A stretch of DNA of 64,000 bases, from the NCBI GenBank assembly GCA_965261545.1, contig CBDHDF010000010.1, forward strand, positions 672,001 to 736,000, read 5' to 3'. Below, one piece after another: positions 19,807-29,450 of this stretch (positions are counted from its first letter, which is position 1; each line of letters starts with the position of its first letter). The translations under genes and the position numbers were made by a program. The notes under the pieces were generated by a model. It was not told where the DNA came from and ran no database searches. It saw nothing but the letters and a program-made list of their open reading frames with translations. The stretch comes from Bdellovibrionales bacterium. Lineage in GTDB: Bacteria > Bdellovibrionota > Bdellovibrionia > Bdellovibrionales > UBA1609.

Positions 19807-20763
19807 CTAAATATCAAAGCCTTGCTTTTTCATCCATCCATCATCCACATGCTTTGTAAAATAATTATGAGTTCCATCGGGAAGAACAACCACACAATTT
19901 TGTCCCGCTTTCAGTTCTCGCCCCTTTGCCATGGCCGCCTGAAGAGCCGCCCCACAGGAACCACCTACCAGTAGTCCCTCTTCTTTTATAAGCCTTCTTG
20001 CCAAAGTAAAAGAGGCTTGGTCATTGGTTTTGACCCATGTATCTACCAAATCACGATTGAGAACATCAGGAACAAAATCATAACCTATACCTTCAACAAG
20101 ATAAGGCTTGACCTCTCCCTCGCCTGCCAAAATGGAGCCATCAGGATCTGCACCAACAATCACCGCTTGAGGACAAAACTCCTTAACTCGACGGGCCACC
20201 CCTGTAATAGTCCCCCCTGTTCCCGCACCCATGACCACCATATCCACTTTGCCCTCCATATCTTCGATAATTTCTGCTCCCGTTCCATGGTAGTGGGCAT
20301 TGGGGTTTGAAGCATTGCTATACTGGTCGAGGAGGTGGGAGTTGGGAGTCTCCGAATGCAACTTCTTTGCCACACCTATATGGCTTCGAGGATCATCCCA
20401 AGCCACATCAATAGGCGTACGAATGACTTCAGCTCCCAAGGCAGTAAGAAGCACTTGCTTCTCATGACTCATTTTATCGGGAAGCGTAATAATAATTCGA
20501 TATCCCTTCACGGCACCAACGAGAGCCATACCAATCCCCGTATTTCCACTGGATGCCTCAATGAGAGTATCCCCTGGCTTGATACGCTTCGACGTCTCAG
20601 CATCTATGACCATCTGGTAAGCAATGCGATCTTTGACAGATCCACCAGGGTTCATAAATTCACACTTTGCATAGAGATCACACTCTAAATCAGCACCTAT
20701 TTTTGATAATTTCACCAAGGGGGTACGTCCAATGGTTTCTAGAATATTTTTATAGAATTTCAC
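19807..20763 (-). CDS. cystathionine beta-synthase-like PLP enzyme (CysK/CBS family)
   Basis: KCEFMNPGGSVKDRIA, SSGNTG, GAGTGGT, VEGIGYDF. Probable GTG start at 20763; the ORF extends to 20901. Confidence 0.88.
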   Translation of the reverse strand: MKFYKNILETIGRTPLVKLSKIGADLECDLYAKCEFMNPGGSVKDRIAYQMVIDAETSKRIKPGDTLIEASSGNTGIGMALVGAVKGYRIIITLPDKMSHEKQVLLTALGAEVIRTPIDVAWDDPRSHIGVAKKLHSETPNSHLLDQYSNASNPNAHYHGTGAEIIEDMEGKVDMVVMGAGTGGTITGVARRVKEFCPQAVIVGADPDGSILAGEGEVKPYLVEGIGYDFVPDVLNRDLVDTWVKTNDQASFTLARRLIKEEGLLVGGSCGAALQAAMAKGRELKAGQNCVVVLPDGTHNYFTKHVDDGWMKKQGFDI

Positions 20764-20875
20764 CTTCCCTCTACTCCCTTCTCTTTTTCCTTCTCTGCCT
20801 TTCGTAGCCTTCAAACTTTCACAAGCTTCGTAGTTTTCATAATTTTTATAGTGAAAACGATTCTCTACACACTCC

Positions 20876-21262
20876 TTACGAACGAGTGGCAATAACTTCA
20901 ATCTCTACATCTACGCCCTTGGGCAACCGAGAAACTTCCACACAAGAACGAGCTGGGGGCTCATTGCTAAAGTAACGGGAATATACACTATTCACCTGGG
21001 CAAATTCATCCATATTAGTGAGAAAAATACCGCACTTGACAATGTGATTAAAACTCAAACCTGCCGCCTCCAAAACAGCTTGAATATTTTCCATAACTTT
21101 CTTAGTCTGCTCCTCGATACTTCCCTGAATCAGTTCGCCTGTTTCAGCATCCAAGGGAATTTGCCCCGAACAAAATAAAAAATCACCCACAGCCAAAGCC
21201 TGCGAATAGGGCCCCACAGGTTCTGGAGCTTTTCTAGTTTGAATCACAGTTCGTTGGGCCAT
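20876..21262 (-). CDS. ridA: RidA family enamine/imine deaminase
   Basis: GPYSQA, SGQIPLD, PPARSCVEV, LPKGVDVEIEVIA. ATG at 21262 with AAGGAG SD. Confidence 0.92.
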   Translation of the reverse strand: MAQRTVIQTRKAPEPVGPYSQALAVGDFLFCSGQIPLDAETGELIQGSIEEQTKKVMENIQAVLEAAGLSFNHIVKCGIFLTNMDEFAQVNSVYSRYFSNEPPARSCVEVSRLPKGVDVEIEVIATRS

Positions 21263-21359
21263 ATTTATCTCCTTACAGTACAACAATACAACAATACAAT
21301 CTACGCTGCTGCACAAAGCAACTCTACAAGTAAAAAAAGTAACCTTATAAGAAGTAACC

Positions 21360-21899
21360 TTATAAGTAAAAAATAATACCTGCACGAATAGGGTGAGTGC
21401 CTAAAGTTCTAAATCTCACATGGCTTGAGAGAGAAACAACACCCACTCCAAATTCAAAGCTAAAACCTAAGCTATCGAGACCTGGTATAAAAAATTCCCC
21501 ACCTCCATAGGCACTCAAGGCAAAACCAGATTCATTGTCGCCCGCCTTGCTACCAGCGGAGAACCCGGGGCTCTCCTGACTAAAAATACCAGCCCCACCT
21601 CCAAAATAAAAATTCATATGTTGCTCTACAAAGACGATTCGGTAGGCTTTGGCCATAAAACCAAATTTAGAAATATCCTCCTGAGCATCAACTCCCAGTG
21701 CCATAGAAATACCTAGGTTGCTCTTAGGATAGTACTGCACAGTAATACTTGGAAGATCAACAGACAATTGCCTCGTGTAACCAATACCTAAACGATTGGA
21801 CAAATCCTTAGCCCAAAGATCATGAGTACTTCCAAAAATACAAATCATACAAATAAACAAAAGAATACTTTTTCGACGCATAATTCTCTCCTCACTCAA
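21360..21899 (-). CDS. small outer-membrane beta-barrel protein
   Basis: Signal peptide, alternating amphipathic strands with Gly/aromatic residues, C-terminal AGIIFYL. Confidence 0.7.
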   Translation of the reverse strand: MSEERIMRRKSILLFICMICIFGSTHDLWAKDLSNRLGIGYTRQLSVDLPSITVQYYPKSNLGISMALGVDAQEDISKFGFMAKAYRIVFVEQHMNFYFGGGAGIFSQESPGFSAGSKAGDNESGFALSAYGGGEFFIPGLDSLGFSFEFGVGVVSLSSHVRFRTLGTHPIRAGIIFYL

Positions 21900-22221
21900 G
21901 TTTATTTATTTAACCCCCTAAACCTCTGCTTCGTCAAGGGGAGCCTATCTTAAAATCATGAACTTAAAACCATGAAGCCTCCGAGATGCATCAACTCTAC
22001 AACATTAAGCACATCCACCGGAGTTAAATGGGGCCCAATGCTTTGCATTATTTACATACTTAGGGATATTTTGCCCTAAAAAGCTTCATTTATGTACCAA
22101 AATCAGTTATATACTAATATGCGAAATTCAGTGGCATTACCAGATTATGGAGTGCCGCCCACAGACCAAGTTGAAAAAGAAACTAAGATAAAAAAAATAA
22201 GGTAAAGAAAGGAAACCCACT

Positions 22222-24621
22222 ATGGATACAAAGAATACAAAAAACAGGCCATCAAATAAAAATCAGAACCAAAATCAAGGTATCACGTTGGGAATTGATC
22301 TAGGGACAACAAACTCTGCTGTGGCCGTCCGGCGCCTTGAATCAGAAATCATTGCCAATGACCAGGGAGATTGGTTAACCCCCTCATGCGTCCACTTGAA
22401 AGAAAGCTCCCAAGGACTCCATACAGACAACGTCGTGGTGGGTAAAAAAGCTCTCCATTGGGGCAAACAAGAACCTAAAGCCACCATCACCCATATAAAA
22501 AGGCTCATGGGAAGAGGCTTCTTCGACGCCCATGTTCAAGACATCATCCAAGAAACCAAAGTGGGGTACAACATACAACAAAGTGAGTCGGGCTCCACAG
22601 ATTCACTCGTGGTGGGCATTCCATCTCATCTTGAAAAAAAAGAAATATTTGAGTTCTCTCCCGAAGAAATATCATCCACCATACTAAGAAGCCTTAAAGA
22701 CGATGCTGAAAGAGAACTTGATTCCCATGTCAGCCGGGCAGTGATCACAGTCCCTGCCTATTTTAATGACAGACAAAGACATGCCACGATGGTCGCCGCA
22801 AAGCTCGCTGGATTCCAAGACTGCTCTCTCCTCCCAGAACCCAGCGCAGCAGCCATTTCATTTGGCATTGATGATCTAGGTGGTAAAGCTCTTAAAACTC
22901 TCGCTGTTTTTGACTTTGGAGGAGGCACTTTAGATATCTCTATTTTAACCCTTGGAGGCCAAAATGTTGTGGAGCAAGGCAAGACCGGAGATATGTGGCT
23001 TGGCGGCAAAGATATTGACCAAGCTCTTATGAAATACATCCTAGGAAAAGTGGAGAGAGAAAACACAGATATCCAGTTCTCTCGCATCACAAAACAAATG
23101 CCTTCTGACAAAGTCCTGCAAGCTCAAATAGAAATGGAGAGCATCGCTGAACAAGCCAAAATTCAACTCACTCACAAGGATTCGGTTCCCGTCACCATAT
23201 CGGGCCTTTTTGAAGAGGATGGACTCCCTATGGACTTTGAGTTAATCCTCACACAAGAAGAACTCAATGCTGTTGTGGAACCCATGATAGATCGATCCAT
23301 GAAGTTGATGGAATATCTGCTCAAGGACTTGAGTTTAACCACTGACTCTATTGATGACGTCTTACTTGTTGGAGGCTCTTCGCAAATTCCTCTCTTAAAA
23401 ACAAAAATGATTGAGATGTTCGGAGAGGAAAAAGTACACTCCCACCCGCGCCCTATGCTAACTGTCGTGGAGGGAGCGGCCATTTACTCCCAACACAAAC
23501 TCGGTGGCTCTCGCCCCTCCCACACCTCTAGGGGTGAGAAAGAACTTGAAGATATTCTCTTCACATCCGCCCATGATTATTTCTTAAAAGTTCCCGGTAA
23601 AAACTCTCCACCCATCCACCTCGTGAAAAAAAATGAACCCTTGCCCATGGAAAGAGAATTTGAAATTCAATTAGAGAGCAAAGATCAGAAAATTCTGCAA
23701 CTTCAATTCTTAAACCTTGTCAATAATGATTACGAAGGGGTGGGACGGCTTTGGCTTTCTCTCTACTTGTCAGAGGCCATTGAACGCCAAGTTCAATCAG
23801 CGAAGAAAGCCCCCGTCGTGATTCTCAAGGTGATCATCAATGAAGATAACCTGATCTCTGTAAGTTGTCGGCTTAAAGACCTTGCCGACGCCGTGATTCA
23901 ACACAGCATTTCCCGAGGAAAATCCAACGAGCAGTTGTATCTGCGCCTTGAAAAGGGAATTCAATTTTTGAATCAAAGTCAAGATGAAGATAGCTATTGG
24001 AGCAAAATCGATTACGAACAACGAGCGATTTCCATTGTTGAAGACATCAATCGTATACTACACCAACAGACAGAAATTGTGAATAAACAAGTCCAATCAC
24101 AAGCAGAAGCTAAATTGAAAACAGCCTCAGAGTTGATGGAAAGAAAAGTCAGTATCTTTGGAAATATCTGGTTTCTCGAAGACTTCCATACATTTTGCAA
24201 ATATTATTTAAAGCGCCACCACCATTATATAAAACACCATACAAGCCAAGAAACACCTTTCAACAGTAACGACATTGAGGCAAACAAACAAGGCATATTA
24301 AAGCACTTTGCCCAACAAATAAGTCTTTTAAAGAAGAAAAATCTTACCGGAGATGTCGAAGAGTTGCGTCAAATGGCAGATAAAATCTTTAATGAATTTA
24401 GGTCTAAGTTCCCCAAAGAGATGAATCTGTACGAATACAATACGCTCATAGAAGACGCTAAGTCACTCAACATGAAAAAAGAGGCTCAAGAAATTTCTAA
24501 TATTGTAACTCAGAAATCTTCTCCAGAGTCCACGGAACGCCTCGCCCAGTTGGTCAGAAGCGTCAGGTCCCAAGCAAACAGTAAATCCTACAACATTGAC
24601 ACTGGCTTCACCCTTTCATGA
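22222..24621 (+). CDS. divergent Hsp70/DnaK-family protein with non-canonical C-terminal half
   Basis: GIDLGTTNS, TVPAYFNDRQR, EPSAAA, VFDFGGGTLDISIL, WLGGKDID, LLVGGSSQIP. The post-ATPase region lacks the DnaK DVLLLD linker and recognisable substrate-binding-domain motifs. Confidence 0.9.
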   Translation: MDTKNTKNRPSNKNQNQNQGITLGIDLGTTNSAVAVRRLESEIIANDQGDWLTPSCVHLKESSQGLHTDNVVVGKKALHWGKQEPKATITHIKRLMGRGFFDAHVQDIIQETKVGYNIQQSESGSTDSLVVGIPSHLEKKEIFEFSPEEISSTILRSLKDDAERELDSHVSRAVITVPAYFNDRQRHATMVAAKLAGFQDCSLLPEPSAAAISFGIDDLGGKALKTLAVFDFGGGTLDISILTLGGQNVVEQGKTGDMWLGGKDIDQALMKYILGKVERENTDIQFSRITKQMPSDKVLQAQIEMESIAEQAKIQLTHKDSVPVTISGLFEEDGLPMDFELILTQEELNAVVEPMIDRSMKLMEYLLKDLSLTTDSIDDVLLVGGSSQIPLLKTKMIEMFGEEKVHSHPRPMLTVVEGAAIYSQHKLGGSRPSHTSRGEKELEDILFTSAHDYFLKVPGKNSPPIHLVKKNEPLPMEREFEIQLESKDQKILQLQFLNLVNNDYEGVGRLWLSLYLSEAIERQVQSAKKAPVVILKVIINEDNLISVSCRLKDLADAVIQHSISRGKSNEQLYLRLEKGIQFLNQSQDEDSYWSKIDYEQRAISIVEDINRILHQQTEIVNKQVQSQAEAKLKTASELMERKVSIFGNIWFLEDFHTFCKYYLKRHHHYIKHHTSQETPFNSNDIEANKQGILKHFAQQISLLKKKNLTGDVEELRQMADKIFNEFRSKFPKEMNLYEYNTLIEDAKSLNMKKEAQEISNIVTQKSSPESTERLAQLVRSVRSQANSKSYNIDTGFTLS

Positions 24622-24628
24622 GGTTATT

Positions 24629-25801
24629 ATGAGTGCCTCCGTTGACCCTCAACTCTCTTTCTCTATCTCCTCTTGTCCTATTTGTGCCAAAAAGGGGATT
24701 GAGGGCTATAAAACCTGCCCTCAGTGCCAATCCAACCTTCACGCCTTTTCTATTGTCAGCAAACTTTCTCAACAACCTCCTCCGGCTTCTTCTTCCCCCA
24801 CTTTTCCCACTCCCCCCTCCTCTCTTTTTTCTCCCCCTCCTGCTACCGCTCCCACAGCTTCCACGACTCCTAAACCTGCCCCAGCTATTCCCAAACCTTC
24901 TCTCACCGCCCCCACGACGGCAAATGTAACTACCAAAGAAAACCCCACACCAATAAGCCATGAAGATCACTCATATAAAGATCAGTCAAAAGAAAACAAT
25001 GGCAAATACAACAAGACTAAAAAAAATCTAAATGATTCTGCAATGCCCTTCTTCCATTCCCAAAAAGATATGGAGTTCTTTATTCCCCAAACCGCTTCGG
25101 GTTGGATCCACCCAAAGTGGGTTTTCACGTTTACTTTGGGAATGACCCTCATCCTTCTTACCTTTCTTACGATCATTTTTTACCTCTATCAAAATCAGAC
25201 CCATACCTATATGGCCCTTCTCAGCGAAAGCCTTATGGGAAAGCACCATCAATCCACGCTCGCAACTATAGAAGCTCCTCCCCTGCACAACCCACAACAC
25301 TTCAGTTCAAGTAGCGATACAAACAATACGCAACATATAAACAACGCAAACCAAACATCCACTCTGTCCACAAAATTCACGGCCACAACAACGGCACCCA
25401 GTGAAACTCCCAATGAGGCTCCCAGTGACAAATACCTTGAGTACATCTTTAAAAATGGAGACACTCTCTGGGGTATCGCCAGAACAAATTGGAATCACGG
25501 CTACTACTACCCCATCCTATTGGAAAAAAACCCTTGGCTCTCCCTATTTGGTGATAATACCGGACTTCGCCTTCAAGTCCTCAAAGATATCAATCAAGTA
25601 CGTAGGGATTATCAAAATTTAATTGTACACATGGACGGCTTAGAGAGTGCCACATTCTTTAAATACCGAGTTCGCCCCCAAGACACATGGGAAAAGGTGG
25701 CCAAGAATTTTCTTGGAAAAGAAGACAGTTCGTTCATAAAACACCTCAACTCGAACAAACTACACCCAGGAACACGCATTCTCATTCCCCTTGAGCAATG
25801 A
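24629..25801 (+). CDS. Zn-ribbon / Pro-rich / single-TM / LysM-like domain protein
   Basis: CPIC...CPQC at the N-terminus, Pro/Thr-rich tract, one TM helix, then YIFKNGDTLWGIA and YRVRPQDTWEKVA...LHPGTRILIP LysM-like repeats. ATG at 24629 with GAGG SD. Confidence 0.75.
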   Translation: MSASVDPQLSFSISSCPICAKKGIEGYKTCPQCQSNLHAFSIVSKLSQQPPPASSSPTFPTPPSSLFSPPPATAPTASTTPKPAPAIPKPSLTAPTTANVTTKENPTPISHEDHSYKDQSKENNGKYNKTKKNLNDSAMPFFHSQKDMEFFIPQTASGWIHPKWVFTFTLGMTLILLTFLTIIFYLYQNQTHTYMALLSESLMGKHHQSTLATIEAPPLHNPQHFSSSSDTNNTQHINNANQTSTLSTKFTATTTAPSETPNEAPSDKYLEYIFKNGDTLWGIARTNWNHGYYYPILLEKNPWLSLFGDNTGLRLQVLKDINQVRRDYQNLIVHMDGLESATFFKYRVRPQDTWEKVAKNFLGKEDSSFIKHLNSNKLHPGTRILIPLEQ

Positions 25802-25827
25802 GAAAACAGTGAGATAGGAGAAAGACT

Positions 25828-27156
25828 ATGCCTTTAAGCAAAACGCCTTTAAATAAAACGAAAGATGAGATGACCAATTCCAAAGTTTTAATGAAAAAAA
25901 GAGACGAAGTTATCGTTCGCGCCCGCAAATTTCTAAAAAAAGGGGATACTCACAAAGCCTTAAACAATTATTATACAGCTCTTCAAATACAAGTATCCGA
26001 TAAAATCAACAAAGAAATACTAGCCTTAGAAGAAAAAATCATTCAGAAGTCTTTTCCTAAAGAATACGAAATTGTTCACAATAAATCTTACAATAACGGC
26101 AATGGCGACCCATCGAATATCTTTTTAAATTTAGAAAATCATTTTAAGCTTTGGCCTGTGCAAAAAAAAATCACATATTTTTTAGAAACTAAGCAATGGG
26201 ACAAAGTGGATGCCATGTGGTCTAAAGATATAGTTCCTTTTTTAGACGCAGTTTTTGTTGGAAAATACTACATAGAAAAGAAAAATGTTTGGGATACCTT
26301 CTTACTTTGGCAACCTCTGTTGGCCCCTCTGGGATTCTACAAAAGCGAAAGAAAAACAAAAATTTCCAACAAAGAAAAACACGTCCTACCAGAAGAAAAA
26401 TCGAAAATTGAAAAACCAAAAAATATAGAAAAGAAAAAAAAGTCAAAAAAAAATAAGACAGGAGATATTTCACCACCTCTCCTAAAAGAAACTCATATAG
26501 ATATGCTAAAACAACATTTGATCACCTTTATCTCTAAACGAGAAATTCCTCACTTAGATGGATTGACTCTAGATGGAGCCTTTTGGCTATCAATTCATAT
26601 GCCACAGGAATGTTTTAAGACCATGATCCACTACTATATCAACCAACTCATTTATGAGGGTCTTTGGCACAAAGGGTTTAAATTTTACAATGACATCACT
26701 GAAATCTGTCAAACAACATCATGGATGGACACAAATAGTCAAATTTTAGACATGAATTTAAAGTGTTGGAAGGTGCACCACGGCCAGTATAAAACCCCCC
26801 AAGAGTGCTCCATTGAAGTAAAAAATATATTAAAACAAGTTCAAAATTTAAACCTTGTTAAGGAGCTTCACACTGAAGATAGAGAAAGTTTCCTAAATCT
26901 TCTCTCTGAGTTTCTTCAAGCACCAACTCTCTCATATAACAACGATCACTGGACCACTCTGTGTTATGAAAACCCCTATAAAATGATGGATATGAGACAG
27001 CCCTGTGATCAAAAATCAATGATGAATTTATTCGCCAGATCCATTGCGCAAAAGAAGATGCCTCTTAACAAACTTCTAAAGATTCAAAGGATTTTAGCAA
27101 ATCCTCAAACCAATCGAGTTTTAAAATTGATGTTTTCACCTATAAATAAAACATAA
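25828..27156 (+). CDS. hypothetical helical (TPR-like) protein with degenerate J-domain-like C-terminus
   Basis: AGGAG SD, TPR-like N-terminal helices (ARKFLKKGDTHKALNNYYTAL), C-terminal NPY...RILANPQTNR. Confidence 0.6.
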   Translation: MPLSKTPLNKTKDEMTNSKVLMKKRDEVIVRARKFLKKGDTHKALNNYYTALQIQVSDKINKEILALEEKIIQKSFPKEYEIVHNKSYNNGNGDPSNIFLNLENHFKLWPVQKKITYFLETKQWDKVDAMWSKDIVPFLDAVFVGKYYIEKKNVWDTFLLWQPLLAPLGFYKSERKTKISNKEKHVLPEEKSKIEKPKNIEKKKKSKKNKTGDISPPLLKETHIDMLKQHLITFISKREIPHLDGLTLDGAFWLSIHMPQECFKTMIHYYINQLIYEGLWHKGFKFYNDITEICQTTSWMDTNSQILDMNLKCWKVHHGQYKTPQECSIEVKNILKQVQNLNLVKELHTEDRESFLNLLSEFLQAPTLSYNNDHWTTLCYENPYKMMDMRQPCDQKSMMNLFARSIAQKKMPLNKLLKIQRILANPQTNRVLKLMFSPINKT

Positions 27157-27169
27157 ATATTATAAAATA

Positions 27170-27664
27170 ATGATTATAGAAAACCCAAGTGACAAAGAAA
27201 GATATGATCCCATGGATATTAAAAACGAAAAAGAAGAACTGGTGGATTTTCTAGTAAATGTGCAAAAAACAGTTCTCTTTCAAAAAAAAGAGATTAAAGA
27301 CACTAAATTTAAAATAGAAAAACAACAAAAAGAGTACTTCTTATTTCTCATTGATGTCTTAGACAAATTCAATGGGCTCTACGACACCATTGCCTCCCAA
27401 ACAGACCGTTTTGACTCAACAAGCTTAAAGGTATTCAGAAGCTTTGATATTATCAGAAAGAAAATATCCCATCACCTAGCGTCTGAATCTGTCCATCCCA
27501 TTGATCTAAGTGATGGACTGGTAAAAATAAATCTATGCGAAGTGGTGAGTTCCGAAGAAATTGATGACGATCGCATGAAAGGTAAGATAAAAAATGTGCT
27601 CAGTACGGGATACACCCACAACGATAAGGTTTTAAAGAGCACTCGTGTCACAACCTACCGCTGA
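27170..27664 (+). CDS. GrpE-like nucleotide exchange factor
   Basis: Coiled-coil N-terminus, LIDVLDKF, C-terminal CEVV...IKNVLSTGYTHNDKVLKSTRVTT matching the GrpE beta-domain pattern. In the same operon as the Hsp70. Confidence 0.75.
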   Translation: MIIENPSDKERYDPMDIKNEKEELVDFLVNVQKTVLFQKKEIKDTKFKIEKQQKEYFLFLIDVLDKFNGLYDTIASQTDRFDSTSLKVFRSFDIIRKKISHHLASESVHPIDLSDGLVKINLCEVVSSEEIDDDRMKGKIKNVLSTGYTHNDKVLKSTRVTTYR

Positions 27665-27733
27665 ACTATAATACCGCTAAGACATAGTACCGAGAAGCCA
27701 TAATATCTAAAACATAATAATAAAGTAAAAAAT

Positions 27734-29422
27734 GTGAAAAAACACAAGTCCTTCCTCTCCCTACTATATTTTTTCTTAAACCTTCTCTTAAGAGGAGCCA
27801 TTTCTATGTCTCTCTCTGTGGGCCTTGGTTCTTGCACAAATGACAGTGCGACAACGCCCTCCCATTTAAACTTCCATTTAAAAAAGTCAGAAATTTTCTT
27901 CAATAACCTAAGAAGACAACCCGAAAATCTTCACCCTATACGCAGCACAGACTACTACTCAGCGGTCATTCACTACCACGTCCTAGAATCCCTTCTTCAA
28001 AGAAACGAAAATACCTATGAATGGGAACCACAGCTTGCTCAAAAATGGAGACTTGCCCCCCATGGAAACACCATGACCTTTGAGCTTAAAGACAATCTGA
28101 AGTGGTCGGACGGAAAGCCTCTCACCGTTCAAGATGTCCAATTTTCCTTTGAAGCCCACAAAAATCCTGAATATGGTGGTCTTCAATCTTTCTCAAAATT
28201 TGAAAATATGAAATCTATAAAAATATTAAGCGATAAGAAAATTCAATTTAAAATAAAAAGGCCCTACTTTGGAAGCTTGCAAGTTATTGCAAACATGAAA
28301 ATCATTCCTCAACATATTTATAAAAATCCAGAATCCAAACTCTCTAAAACCCTTATGGGGTCTGGCCCCTACGCTCTTAGCGGGTACGCTCAAGGAAAAT
28401 TTCTTTTCTTGAAAAAAAATGTCCTCTGGACGAACCGAACTTCCACCCCCAACCATGACAAATGGAGCTTCCCAGCCATCGCCTTTCGTTTCGTTCCCAC
28501 AGAGGCAGATGTTCTTTTAAACATGGAAAAGGAGCTTCTCGATTTTTCAACTCTCTCAGCCTCGGCTTTCTTAGAAAAAACCAATCATGCCCCTTGGGGA
28601 AAAAAAATTAAAAAAGTGAAATACCAAAAAAAACAACCCAGTGGTTACAACTGGATTGGATTGAACTTGAGAAAAACTATTTTTCAGGATAAAAAAGTTC
28701 GCAAAGCTCTGGCCCACCTCTTTCATCGAAAACTTATGAATGAAAAGTTTCACTACAATGAAAAAGAACTGGCGAGGGGGCCTTGGTATTTTTGGAGTGA
28801 TTACGCCGATAAATCGGTAAAAGCTATTGAGTTTAACCCCAAAGAAGCCAAAAAATTGCTCAAGGACTCTGGCTGGAAAGATCAAGACCAAAATGGTATT
28901 TTAGAAAAAAAACTACAAGGCCAAGCACAAGAACTAAACTTTACCCTGCTCTTTTCCCACGTCGATAGCGAAAAGTATCTCACTATTTATAAAGAAGACT
29001 TAAAAAAGGCAGGTATAGAGCTCCACCTCAAAAGGATCGACTGGCCATCATTTCTAAGCTTAGTGAGGGATAAAAAGTTTGAGGCCATGATGATAGGGCA
29101 TAGCGACCACCTCATAGACCTCGACCCCAAACCACGGTGGCACACGGCAAGCTCACGGAAGGGGGGCGGCAATATCATCAGTTACTCCAACCCCCAGGTG
29201 GATGCCTTGATCGATCAGGGCTGTGCTCAGTTGAGCAAGAAAGACAGAATTCAAACCTTTAAAAAAGTGTATAAAATCATTGCCGAGGATGTTCCCGGTA
29301 TTTTTATATTTAACACACGGAGCCGGTTCTATGGACTTAACCAGCGAATAAGGGCACCTTCCACGGCCTTAAACTATGGCTATGGTATGTCTGAATGGCG
29401 TTTCAAAGAAGAAAATGATTGA
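27734..29422 (+). CDS. peptide/nickel ABC transporter substrate-binding lipoprotein (family 5), copy 1
   Basis: LGS-C lipobox, LKWSDGKPLTVQDVQFSF, GSGPY, YSNPQVDALID. Confidence 0.88.
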   Translation: MKKHKSFLSLLYFFLNLLLRGAISMSLSVGLGSCTNDSATTPSHLNFHLKKSEIFFNNLRRQPENLHPIRSTDYYSAVIHYHVLESLLQRNENTYEWEPQLAQKWRLAPHGNTMTFELKDNLKWSDGKPLTVQDVQFSFEAHKNPEYGGLQSFSKFENMKSIKILSDKKIQFKIKRPYFGSLQVIANMKIIPQHIYKNPESKLSKTLMGSGPYALSGYAQGKFLFLKKNVLWTNRTSTPNHDKWSFPAIAFRFVPTEADVLLNMEKELLDFSTLSASAFLEKTNHAPWGKKIKKVKYQKKQPSGYNWIGLNLRKTIFQDKKVRKALAHLFHRKLMNEKFHYNEKELARGPWYFWSDYADKSVKAIEFNPKEAKKLLKDSGWKDQDQNGILEKKLQGQAQELNFTLLFSHVDSEKYLTIYKEDLKKAGIELHLKRIDWPSFLSLVRDKKFEAMMIGHSDHLIDLDPKPRWHTASSRKGGGNIISYSNPQVDALIDQGCAQLSKKDRIQTFKKVYKIIAEDVPGIFIFNTRSRFYGLNQRIRAPSTALNYGYGMSEWRFKEEND

Positions 29423-29450
29423 GGAACAGCAAAACCTGTTATAGGTTTCA

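Noticed and set aside
22222..24621. Calling this gene dnaK
   Set aside because: It lacks the canonical linker and substrate-binding motifs and the hrcA/dnaJ context, so no symbol was assigned.
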